Of a stretch of DNA of 19,507 bases, positions 1 to 8,250 are shown piece after piece. The translations under genes were made by a program, and so were the position numbers. Under the pieces are notes generated by a model that was given only the letters and a program-made list of their open reading frames with translations, searched no databases and was not told the origin of the DNA. The DNA is from Thermodesulfobacteriota bacterium. GTDB taxonomy: Bacteria; Desulfobacterota; Desulfobulbia; Desulfobulbales; SURF-16. The stretch lies in contig JBFMAY010000057.1 in NCBI GenBank assembly GCA_040755455.1, positions 1-19,507 on the forward strand, written 5' to 3'. Each line of letters opens with the position of its first letter. Within the stretch, counting starts at the first letter, position 1.

Positions 1-556
1 GCTGATTCTTGTCGCCAACGATTGTAGCGCATGCTGTTAAGTTCATAAGAAAACAACAGGTTACAAAACCAGAAATTACTTTTTTCACTGTACACCCCCT
101 TATTTTTCAGAAAAACCCTAACCCATTTCGAGATCACCTCCGCAACAAATAGAACTTAATTTTACCCAAGTCAATGTGGTGAGATGTCGCAGTATGCATT
201 TTTTAATTTCAGTAAATATCAGATTTTTCCCCCCCCCATAGAGAGCTGATTCCGGCCCCATTTTTTCCCCGAATGTTTCTCCACTTACACTCACTTCGCT
301 TAACAGGCCAATAGGGACGTCCATAAAATCATAAAATTATTTTTCCCCACGTTGAGACCTGTCACCGTGGTGTCCGCCCCAGAAAGAGCGACAAGAGCAG
401 GCATGGAGAAGCGATTGCCGGTGCATTTTCCCGTGGCGCGCCAGGGTGATGCGGCAGCGACCCGCATGCCGGCGCTGCGGCCGAAGGTATGGGCGGAGGG
501 GTATGGCGTCCGCCCTCCGACACGGGAGGCGGGCGCTGTTATTTCCCCCGCTGATA

Positions 557-585
557 TTGAATTCTGCCACAAAATATGCGATAAT
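557..585 (+). promoter_or_regulatory. Putative sigma70-type promoter for the regulator-rhodanese-kinase cluster
   Basis: TTGAAT (557-562), 17-nt spacer, then GATAAT (580-585) preceded by TGn (extended -10), about 80 nt upstream of ATG 663. Confidence 0.45.
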
Positions 586-662
586 CGGCTGATTGCGCCA
601 GGCAGAAAGGGCAAACACCCATAATATCAGCAATTTAGCTAACCAGCGGATTATACGACGAG

Positions 663-1040
663 ATGACGGGAAAAAAGATTCTGATTATAGAGGACAATGA
701 GCTCAACCTGAAACTTGTCCGCACGCTGCTCGAACTTGCCGACTTTTCCGTGCTTGAGGCCCTTGACGCCGAGCAGGGCATCAACATTGCCCGCAAAGAG
801 CTGCCGGATGTCATCCTCATGGACATCCAGCTCCCCGGCCTTGACGGCCTGACCGCCACGAAAATGATCAAAAAGGACCCGCTCACCAAATACATCCCGG
901 TGATCGCCGTTACCTCCTTTGCCATGGAAAGCGACGGCACAAAGGCCAGGGAGGCCGGCTGCGCGGGACATATCAGCAAACCCATTGACACCCGCAGATT
1001 CGCCAATGAGGTAAAGGCCCTCATGGGGGCCGGCAAGTGA
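663..1040 (+). CDS. Single-domain response regulator (DivK/CheY-like receiver)
   Basis: KILIIEDNELN, phosphoacceptor segment PDVILMDIQLPGLDG, IPVIAVT and ISKPID receiver motifs; no output domain. Confidence 0.93.
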   Translation: MTGKKILIIEDNELNLKLVRTLLELADFSVLEALDAEQGINIARKELPDVILMDIQLPGLDGLTATKMIKKDPLTKYIPVIAVTSFAMESDGTKAREAGCAGHISKPIDTRRFANEVKALMGAGK

Positions 1041-1855
1041 TCCGGCGCCGCCCGTTCGGCGCGGGCCGGAACGCCGCCTGTTTGCTGCGCGGCAGGCTCA
1101 TGCCGCTCCTGCCTCTGCTCATCCTGCTTTTCTCTGCCCAGACATATGGCCAGGGGGTGCAATATATAACCGCTCCCGAGGTCAGGAACATGATGGAAAA
1201 CGACCCCAGGGTGGTGGTGATCAATGCCTTGAGCAAAATCGAATATGACGGCCTGCACATCACCGGCTCCATCAATATTCCCGTTATCAACTTCCGCGCC
1301 AGCAAGCTGCTGCCCGCCGACAAGACAACGCCGCTCATCTTTTACTGCATGGGACCGGACTGACCCTCCAGCCCCCGAGCTGCAAGGATTGCGGTTGCGA
1401 TGGGATATGCCAATGTGTTCTGCTTCAAGGGCGGCATCCCCGAGTGGCGGGCCTTTAACTATCCGCTGACGGTTAATGCCGAGTATGAGTCCATCAAAGT
1501 CACGAAATGGAGCCCGGGGCAGGTTTACGCTCTCCTGCGGCAGGACAGCGCTGTTTATGTCCTTGATGTCCGCCCCATTGACTGCAGCAAGGAAAACATC
1601 TTCGTCAAGGGAGCCAGGATCTGCCCCATGGAATACCTGAACGACTGGTATCACAATATCCCCAAAGACGCCCGAATCGTCATCACTGACTGGACCAATA
1701 AAAAATCCATTCTGGCCGCCAAGTACCTGATCAGCAAAGGGTATAATGTTCTCTGCGTGCTGAAAGGCGGCATAGTCCGCTGGCGTGCCGAAAAACTGCC
1801 GGTTGAATACGTCGAGAATTCCCTGTCCAGCGATCCCACGCTCTGTGCGGAATAA
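1037..1855 (+). CDS. Exported tandem rhodanese-domain selenoprotein 1 (Sec at TGA 1361-1363); start GTG 1037 or ATG 1100
   Basis: ORFs 1037..1363 and 1400..1855 are in the same frame, separated by one TGA. Readthrough gives FYCMGPD-U-PSSPRAARIAVAMGYANVFCFKGGIPEW, one continuous rhodanese domain (HITGSINIP ... GGIPEW). A second rhodanese domain has Asp at the catalytic position (IVITDW). MPLLPLLILLFSAQTYG resembles a signal peptide. A SECIS-like hairpin follows the TGA. Confidence 0.88.
1379..1395 (+). promoter_or_regulatory. Bacterial SECIS-like hairpin for UGA 1361
   Basis: GCTGCAA-GGA-TTGCGGT: 7-bp stem including G-U pairs; loop starts with G, 22 nt after the UGA. Confidence 0.75.
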
Positions 1856-1867
1856 CCCGTTAAAATA

Positions 1868-2716
1868 ATGACAAAAACCACATCAACCAACAGAATTCTG
1901 CTTCGCCTCCTGCTGCTCAGCCTGCTCATGCTCCCCTGGACTGCCCATGCCTCGGACGCCGGGTTGCCCCTGGAGGGATACAGGGAGATCAGCGCCTTTG
2001 AGCTGAAGCAGCTGGCCGACAGCGGCCAGCAGGTGGCGATCATCAATGTCCTCAGCGCAATCGAGTATGACAGCCAGCATATCCCCGGCTCGATCAATAT
2101 CCCCATTATCGACATGTTGAAGACCAGGGAGCTGCCGGTGGACAAAAACACCCCGCTGGTCTTTTACTGCCTGAGCGAGAGGTGAGCCTACAGTAAACGC
2201 GCCGCAAGGATTGCGGTGGCAAAGGGCTACAGCAATGTCTCCTATTTCCGGGGCGGCATTCCGGAATGGCGCTATTTCAATTATCCGCTGGCGGTTGGCG
2301 AAAAATGGCAGGAGGTCAAGGTCGCCAAGCTGCCGCCCCTGGAATTCAAAAAAATACTGGAAGAAAACAACGCCGTCTTCCTGCTGGACACAAGAAGCCT
2401 GGACAATGCAACCTTAAGCAGGGAGGATCTGGTTTTCACCATGGACAATGCCATGCTGGCCGGCGATTATATCAAGGGGGCGCTGCACTGCCCCCTGGTT
2501 TTTCTTGAGGAAAACCATGCCCTCATTCCCAAGGACCGCAAGATCATTGTCACCGACTGGATCATGAAGGAGTCAATCATTGCCGCAAAATTTCTCGCCA
2601 TGCAAGGCTATGAAGTAATAGGAATCCTGAAGGGGGGGACGTCGCGCTGGCAGGCGGAAGGGCTGCCTCTGGTCCAGGGGCTGAGCGGCGCAAACAGACA
2701 GCTGGCCTGCCAGTAA
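1868..2716 (+). CDS. Exported tandem rhodanese-domain selenoprotein 2 (Sec at TGA 2183-2185), paralog of the upstream gene
   Basis: ORFs 1868..2185 and 2216..2716 are in the same frame. Readthrough gives FYCLSER-U-AYSKRAARIAVAKGYSNVSYFRGGIPEW, with the TGA at exactly the aligned position of paralog 1. Signal peptide ...LLLLSLLMLPWTAHA. Second domain looks inactive (IIVTDW). 282 aa. Confidence 0.9.
2201..2217 (+). promoter_or_regulatory. Bacterial SECIS-like hairpin for UGA 2183
   Basis: GCCGCAA-GGA-TTGCGGT, loop 22 nt after the UGA; differs from the first hairpin only by a pairing-compatible T/C change. Confidence 0.77.
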
Positions 2717-2774
2717 CAGCCATGCCCGCCCTTCTCCCTCCCTACCCATACACCTCCCCCCCTGGTCTGCGCCG

Positions 2775-4685
2775 ATGATACGCCCCGCCCTGACCGCCAG
2801 CGTGCATTTACCGATAAAAGGGCAGCGCCGGACGGTCTTCCGCAAAATCATCCTGCTGTTCATCCTGCTCATTGCCATGATCATCGGCAATGCCATTCAT
2901 TCCTCCATCCAGGAAACCAAAAAGGTCAACCAGCGCCTGAACCAGCAGCTGCAGAGCAAAATGGTGATCGCCGAGTCAATTCTCCATTACGAACTGGACA
3001 AGATCAGCATGGTTTCCGGCATCGTCAGAGAGCAGAACCGCAAATTTGTCGATTTCCTGGATTACGACAAGATCAATCCGATAACCATCATGCTGCAGAC
3101 CATTGCCGCCAAGCACCATATTGATCTGCTGCTGCTGTTTGATCCGGATGCCAACCTGCTGACCTGCAACCGGCTCGGCACCAATATCGCCGATCCGGCT
3201 GCCTATCAGGTTTTCATGCAGACCCATGGCCGGCACGCGGGACTCTCGGAGATCCCGTCGTCCATTCTCGCCCTGCAGGGCATGGCGGACAAAATCGCCC
3301 CGGACCAGGACAAAACCATCTGCCTGCAGTCGGTTGTCCCCCTGCTGCATGACTCCGGAGACATCTACGGTCATATCATGATGATCAAGCTGGTGAACGG
3401 CAACAGTGACCTGGTTTTTCATATGCGGGAGATCGCCGGGGCCGAAATCGCCCTGTTCAATGGCTACCGGCAACCGGTGCTGACCAGCTTCCCCGGCATG
3501 CCCATCCAGTTTCCTAGTCAGGACAGGCTGATCCACAGCAACAAATCCTATGCCTGCAGGACCAAGGAACTGACCAACAATACAGGCGCAGATATCGGCT
3601 ATCTCACCGTGGCCCTTGACAGCCAGAGCTATATCCAGCAGAGGCGGAGGCTGATCACCGCCAACCTGATCCCCTTCTTCGCCTCGGTGGCGGTCTCCAT
3701 CGCCCTTTTTCTCCTGTTGAAACTCCGCGTTTTTGACAAGATCAACCAGCTCATCACCGCCCTGCATCAGGTGACGGAAAGGGAGGGGAACCTGAGCATC
3801 AGGCTGCCGACGCCGGGCAGCCAGGGCGACATCGACGAGGTCGAGAACATGGCCATCGACTTCAACACCATGATGAACACCCTGGAGGAAACCTATAATC
3901 AGCTGAGCAGGGCGCGGCAGGAAGCCGAGGTGGCCAATATTGCCAAGAGCGAATTCCTGGCCAATATGAGCCACGAGCTGCGCACCCCGTTAAACGCCAT
4001 TATCGGCTTTACCGAGGTGGTGCTGGACAGGCATTTCGGCGACCTCAACAAAACCCAGGCCGAGTATCTGGAAAATGTGCTGCAGTCAAGCCGCCACCTG
4101 CTTTCGCTGATCAACGATATTCTGGACCTTTCCAAGGTGGAGGCCGGCAAACTCGAGCTGCGGCCGGAGCAATTTGATCTGCCCGGACTGCTCGCCAACA
4201 GCTTTGTCATGATCAAAGGCAAGGCGGCGAAAACGGACATCACCCTGACGCTGGATATTGACGAGGAACTGCCGCAGACCGTGGTGGCGGATGAACGCAA
4301 GATGAAACAGATCATCTTCAACCTGCTGGCCAATGCCATCAAGTTCACCCCGGCCGGCGGCCATATCACTCTGGCGGCGCGCCTGACCGGCATGGACGAG
4401 TGGCTCCGTCATGGCCCGCAGCAAGAGGTGGCCGACAGCGGGCCGCAGAAGAAAATCGTCAAGATTTCCGTGAGCGACACGGGCATCGGCATCGCGGCAG
4501 AAGACCTGCAGAGAATCTTCACGCCCTTTGAACAGGTGGAAAGTTCAATGAGCAGAAAGTATGCGGGAACCGGGCTGGGACTGTCACTGACCAAACAGCT
4601 GGTTGAGCTGCACCATGGCAGGATCTGGGCGGAAAGCGCGGGGCCCGGCAGGGGCAGCACCTTCTCTTTCCTGCTGCCCCTTTAA
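2775..4685 (+). CDS. Membrane sensor histidine kinase (2 TM, periplasmic sensor, HAMP, HisKA, HATPase_c)
   Basis: H-box EFLANMSHELRTPLNAIIGF, N-box QIIFNLLANAIKFT, G1 VSDTGIGI, G2 GTGLGLSL; two hydrophobic segments. The exact start is uncertain. Confidence 0.93.
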   Translation: MIRPALTASVHLPIKGQRRTVFRKIILLFILLIAMIIGNAIHSSIQETKKVNQRLNQQLQSKMVIAESILHYELDKISMVSGIVREQNRKFVDFLDYDKINPITIMLQTIAAKHHIDLLLLFDPDANLLTCNRLGTNIADPAAYQVFMQTHGRHAGLSEIPSSILALQGMADKIAPDQDKTICLQSVVPLLHDSGDIYGHIMMIKLVNGNSDLVFHMREIAGAEIALFNGYRQPVLTSFPGMPIQFPSQDRLIHSNKSYACRTKELTNNTGADIGYLTVALDSQSYIQQRRRLITANLIPFFASVAVSIALFLLLKLRVFDKINQLITALHQVTEREGNLSIRLPTPGSQGDIDEVENMAIDFNTMMNTLEETYNQLSRARQEAEVANIAKSEFLANMSHELRTPLNAIIGFTEVVLDRHFGDLNKTQAEYLENVLQSSRHLLSLINDILDLSKVEAGKLELRPEQFDLPGLLANSFVMIKGKAAKTDITLTLDIDEELPQTVVADERKMKQIIFNLLANAIKFTPAGGHITLAARLTGMDEWLRHGPQQEVADSGPQKKIVKISVSDTGIGIAAEDLQRIFTPFEQVESSMSRKYAGTGLGLSLTKQLVELHHGRIWAESAGPGRGSTFSFLLPL

Positions 4686-6628
4686 TATTTGTCCTCCTTC
4701 CACATCTCGGGACTGAAGACAACCACCCTGTTTCTGCCCTCGTCCTTGGCCCGGTAAAGAGCAACGTCCGCATACTTGATCGCCTCCCAGAAGCCGGTGC
4801 TGTCATCCGGGAATTCGCTGGCGCCGATACTCACGGTTTTTTGCAATGAGCCGTCCGGCACATTGATCACCGTCTCCTCCATTTTTTTGCGTATTCTCTC
4901 GGCCAGATCCACCACCTCTTGCTTGCTATTCACATCGATGAGCAGCACGATAAACTCCTCGCCGCCATAACGGATAACCATATCCGACGCCCGGACACAA
5001 CTCTTTAGCACCTCGGCGGTTTTGATCAACACGATATCCCCGGTTTCATGACCATAGGTATCGTTGACCTCCTTGAAAAAATCCATGTCGCACATGAGAA
5101 TGCCGACCTTGGTTTTGCGGCGCATGGCGCTGGCCACCAGGGTATCGGTATAGGATTCAAGGAAGCGCCGGTTGTAAAGATCGGTCATCGGATCACGCAT
5201 GGTGGTCTCATGCAGGGCCGAGGCAAACCGTTTCGCCTCAATAACCGGGGTGGCCTCCTTGATGTATCGGGCCGCCCTTTTCACCATATGGGCAAACTCC
5301 TCCAGGCTTTCCGGCGAACTGTCCTTTGGATGGAGAAACTGCACAACCCCCACCACCCTGCCGTTGGCTATCATCGGGATGCAGTGATGTTCGAGCCTGT
5401 TCTTATGGGGGAACTGCTTGCAGATATGGGGAAATTCCAGGGAGGAAATGGCGTGGCCCGTGCGCTTGGCCCGGCAGAAATTGGCATCCTCCAGTATCTC
5501 CGGGCTGCACACGTCATCAATCTGCGAGGCAAAGGCCACGGTCATGCGGTTTTTATTGCCGCTCAGCTCATAAATGAAGATCTTATCCAGCCGGTAGCGT
5601 TCTTTCAGCAATGCGGCCAGGCGCTGATTGACCTCGGTGGTGGACTCCTCCTCTTCGATGATGGCCTTGAACGAATTCAGGCTGAAGATGTTATCCACCA
5701 GGGTGTTCAGCTGAAGGGCCAACTGGCCGACCTCATCATTGCTTTTCACCTCGATGCGCTGTCCCCTCTCCCCTTCCCCCTTGGCGATGAAGGTAATTTT
5801 GTCAAGAATACTGCGCAGCGGCACGACGATGATCAGAATATAGAGCAGGGTGGCCACGGTCAGCACGGCGGCAATCGCCACGCCAATCCACAGGGAGCGG
5901 GCCATGGAGGCGTTGATGATGGTTTCCAGCTCCCGGAATTGCGCGCCATGGGCTTTATTGACCTCAACCGTCATGGCGACGACCAGTTCATACAAATCAT
6001 CCAGGCTGACGAGCAGATCATCCAGCCGCTCCTGTTTTTCTTCCGCTGTTCCATCAACTCCCAGGGAACTTATAAAACGCTGATAGGTCTGAGTAAGCAG
6101 CAGGTACTCCTCGTTGATGTCGGCAATGACCGTAATCATCTCCGCATCAACGGCAGGGGCAACGGTGAAAACATCAAGGGTGTTGCCGGCGACCTTGGCC
6201 ACGTCGAAAACTGGTCCGCCATGCCGCAGGGAGCTGATCATGCGGCCCATGTCGGCCAGCCGCTGCTGGTTGGCCAGCACATTGCGGTCCTCTTCGTTGA
6301 TCCCAGGGCTACCCAGGATATGCAGCAGGGAAATCTTAAAGCCGTTTATGCTGCGCAGAATATATTGCCCTACCTTATACTGGGGGATGGAGATATCCCT
6401 GATGGCATGATTACCCTCGGCGATTTTCTGCAGCGAGGTGATATTGAGCATGATGAGAATGGCAAAACCGGACAGCGAAACAACCAGCATGCCGATCAAT
6501 TTCCCGGTGATGCCGGTATCCAGGCATCTCTGAAAAAAACAACCGAGGAAACATTCGCTCGGGCAGTCAAACAGCCCGAGAATGGATAATTTGTTTCTGC
6601 CCCTATTAACTTTTTCTGATGAAGACAT
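4682..6628 (-). CDS. Membrane diguanylate cyclase (HAMP, GAF-like, GGDEF)
   Basis: DPMTDLYNRR, DMDFFKEVNDTYGHETGD, I-site RASD followed by RYGGEEF, ADVALYRAKDEGRNRV; two TM segments and HAMP-like SNDEVGQLA. Confidence 0.93.
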   Translation of the reverse strand: MSSSEKVNRGRNKLSILGLFDCPSECFLGCFFQRCLDTGITGKLIGMLVVSLSGFAILIMLNITSLQKIAEGNHAIRDISIPQYKVGQYILRSINGFKISLLHILGSPGINEEDRNVLANQQRLADMGRMISSLRHGGPVFDVAKVAGNTLDVFTVAPAVDAEMITVIADINEEYLLLTQTYQRFISSLGVDGTAEEKQERLDDLLVSLDDLYELVVAMTVEVNKAHGAQFRELETIINASMARSLWIGVAIAAVLTVATLLYILIIVVPLRSILDKITFIAKGEGERGQRIEVKSNDEVGQLALQLNTLVDNIFSLNSFKAIIEEEESTTEVNQRLAALLKERYRLDKIFIYELSGNKNRMTVAFASQIDDVCSPEILEDANFCRAKRTGHAISSLEFPHICKQFPHKNRLEHHCIPMIANGRVVGVVQFLHPKDSSPESLEEFAHMVKRAARYIKEATPVIEAKRFASALHETTMRDPMTDLYNRRFLESYTDTLVASAMRRKTKVGILMCDMDFFKEVNDTYGHETGDIVLIKTAEVLKSCVRASDMVIRYGGEEFIVLLIDVNSKQEVVDLAERIRKKMEETVINVPDGSLQKTVSIGASEFPDDSTGFWEAIKYADVALYRAKDEGRNRVVVFSPEMWKEDKY

Positions 6629-6686
6629 AAGATAATCCGAGTAAGATTAATTGCTAGATTGAGAGAAAATTTCAACAAATGAATTG

Positions 6687-6714
6687 ATTATCACGGACTT
6701 TTTTCCCTTGTCAA
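6687..6714 (-). promoter_or_regulatory. Putative sigma70-type promoter for the diguanylate cyclase
   Basis: Minus strand TTGACA (6714-6709), 16 nt, GATAAT (6692-6687), about 60 nt upstream of the ATG at 6628. Confidence 0.5.
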
Positions 6715-6741
6715 GAAAAGAGCGCACAGGTTAGGATTCCA

Positions 6742-7560
6742 TTGCCAAAAAAAATTCCCCCAATGCAGATATTTTCCTTGCTATTCATTGTCCTGCTGTC
6801 CTGTTTCCTTTTCCCAGGGCCATCCCCCAGCTTTGCCGGCCAGGAAAACAGCAGGATCTTCGCGGAGGCCAATTCCTTATTCCAGCAGGCAAATGCGGCG
6901 GAAGATCCCGGCCAGGCCAGGCAGCTTTACGAAAAGGCCCTGCTGCGCTATGAACAGATCTCAAGAGAGGTGCGCAACGGCCGACTTTACTATAATATCG
7001 CCAACACCTATTTCGCCCTTGATGATATCGGCCGGGCCATTGTCAATTACCGGCGGGCAGAAAAACTGATGCCGGACGATGAAAACCTGGTGCAAAACCT
7101 CTCCTATGTCTTGAGCAGGCGGCAGGATGTCATCCCGGCCCAGCAGGGGGAGAAGCTGCTGCAGACCCTCTTCTTCTTGCATTACGATCTGTCCCGCCAT
7201 GCGCGACTGCTGCTCTTTGCCGGCTGCTACCTGCTGTTCTGGCTGGCGGCCGGCCTCATGTCTTTCACCCCTGTGCCGGTGCCGAGGTGGCTGGCCGGCT
7301 CTTTGCTCGGGCTCAATCTGCTGCTGGCCAGCTCCCTGGTCTTTGAGCATTACGCGGCAAGCCCGGCGGCCGGTGTTATCGTCTCCCCTGAGGTGGAGGC
7401 CCGCCAGGGAGACGGCCGTAATTACCAGCCGAGTTTCACCGCGCCGCTGCATGCCGGTACCGAGTTCCGGCTGCTGGAAAAACGGACCAACTGGCTGCGG
7501 GTGCAATTAACCGACGGCAGACAGTGCTGGCTGCCGGCCCAGAGCTGCGAGCTGATCTAA
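6742..7560 (+). CDS. BatE-like TPR plus SH3 membrane protein (start may be ATG 6763)
   Basis: Signal peptide; TPR segment LYYNIANTYFALDDIGRAIVNYRRAEKLMP; two TM helices; C-terminal SH3b-like LHAGTEFRLLEKRTNWLRVQLTDGRQCWLP. Confidence 0.75.
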   Translation: MPKKIPPMQIFSLLFIVLLSCFLFPGPSPSFAGQENSRIFAEANSLFQQANAAEDPGQARQLYEKALLRYEQISREVRNGRLYYNIANTYFALDDIGRAIVNYRRAEKLMPDDENLVQNLSYVLSRRQDVIPAQQGEKLLQTLFFLHYDLSRHARLLLFAGCYLLFWLAAGLMSFTPVPVPRWLAGSLLGLNLLLASSLVFEHYAASPAAGVIVSPEVEARQGDGRNYQPSFTAPLHAGTEFRLLEKRTNWLRVQLTDGRQCWLPAQSCELI

Positions 7561-7564
7561 CGCC

Positions 7565-8161
7565 ATGGAAAAGATGTTCAGAGAAATGTATGAGGCCGGG
7601 GATACCCCCTGGGAGCTGCACCGGCCGGACTGCAATCTCATCGAGATGGTCAGAGATTATGGCATTGCCCCCGGGCCAGCCCTTGATATCGGCTGCGGAA
7701 CCGGCAACAATACCATCTGGCTGGCCGAGCACGGCTTTACGGCCACCGGCTGCGATGTGACGGAAATTGCCATCAACCAGGCCATTGCCAAGGCTGCGGC
7801 GGCAAAAGCGGCCTGCACCTTCCTGCGTCTTGATTTTCTCAAGGATGCGGTGCCCGGCGGCCCTTTTGCCTTTCTTTTTGACCGGGGATGCTTTCACTCC
7901 TTTGACAGCGCTGCCGAGCGCCGCCATTTCGCGCAAAAATCAGCCTCCCTGCTGGCAAAAGACGGGCTATGGCTGTCGCTGGTGGGCAACCGCGATGAAA
8001 TCCGCGATACTCCCGGCCCGCCCCAGCGGTCGGCCCTGGATATCATCACCGCGGTGGAACCATTTTTTGCCATTCAGCTGCTGGCCGCCAACCACTTTGA
8101 CACCAACCGTGATTCCGCCCACCGCAACTGGGTCTGCCTGATGAAAAAGCGGACACGGTGA
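7565..8161 (+). CDS. Class I SAM-dependent methyltransferase (TPMT/TehB-like)
   Basis: YEAGDTPWE N-terminus, motif I ALDIGCGTG, and FLFDRGCFH. Confidence 0.85.
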   Translation: MEKMFREMYEAGDTPWELHRPDCNLIEMVRDYGIAPGPALDIGCGTGNNTIWLAEHGFTATGCDVTEIAINQAIAKAAAAKAACTFLRLDFLKDAVPGGPFAFLFDRGCFHSFDSAAERRHFAQKSASLLAKDGLWLSLVGNRDEIRDTPGPPQRSALDIITAVEPFFAIQLLAANHFDTNRDSAHRNWVCLMKKRTR

Positions 8162-8250
8162 ACCTGCCTGCTTTCCCCAGGCAGGCATCCTGCGGCCTTT
8201 GCCGCATAGACAGAAACATTATCAAGAAAAATTTCAGAGGAAAAACAGCC

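Noticed and set aside
1..46. Possible 5' end of a minus-strand gene (MNLTACATIVGDKNQ...)
   Set aside because: Only 15 codons are visible and there is no clear RBS or motif.
352..624. 90-aa ORF upstream of the response regulator
   Set aside because: No recognisable motif, overlapped by equally unconvincing opposite-strand ORFs, and it spans the predicted promoter; cannot be supported.
1038..1070. TGA of the response regulator followed by a GC-rich hairpin, as possible Sec readthrough
   Set aside because: The receiver domain is already complete, the hairpin starts immediately after the stop, and it lacks the spacing and G-loop of the five SECIS-like elements.
1037..2716. Interpretation as four small genes or two nonsense-disrupted pseudogenes
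   Set aside because: Both breaks are single in-frame TGAs at the same aligned active-site position with a conserved downstream hairpin, which Sec recoding explains better.
5048..6589. Long antisense ORFs (5048..6589, also 635..1654, 2976..3974, 16672..18042, 18083..19342)
   Set aside because: Typical shadow ORFs of GC-rich coding sequence opposite well-supported genes; no motifs.
8159..8185. Methyltransferase TGA followed by the hairpin CCTGCCTG-CTTTCCC-CAGGCAGG, as possible SECIS
   Set aside because: The stem abuts the stop, the loop has no G and the domain is complete; it is more likely an ordinary intergenic hairpin.
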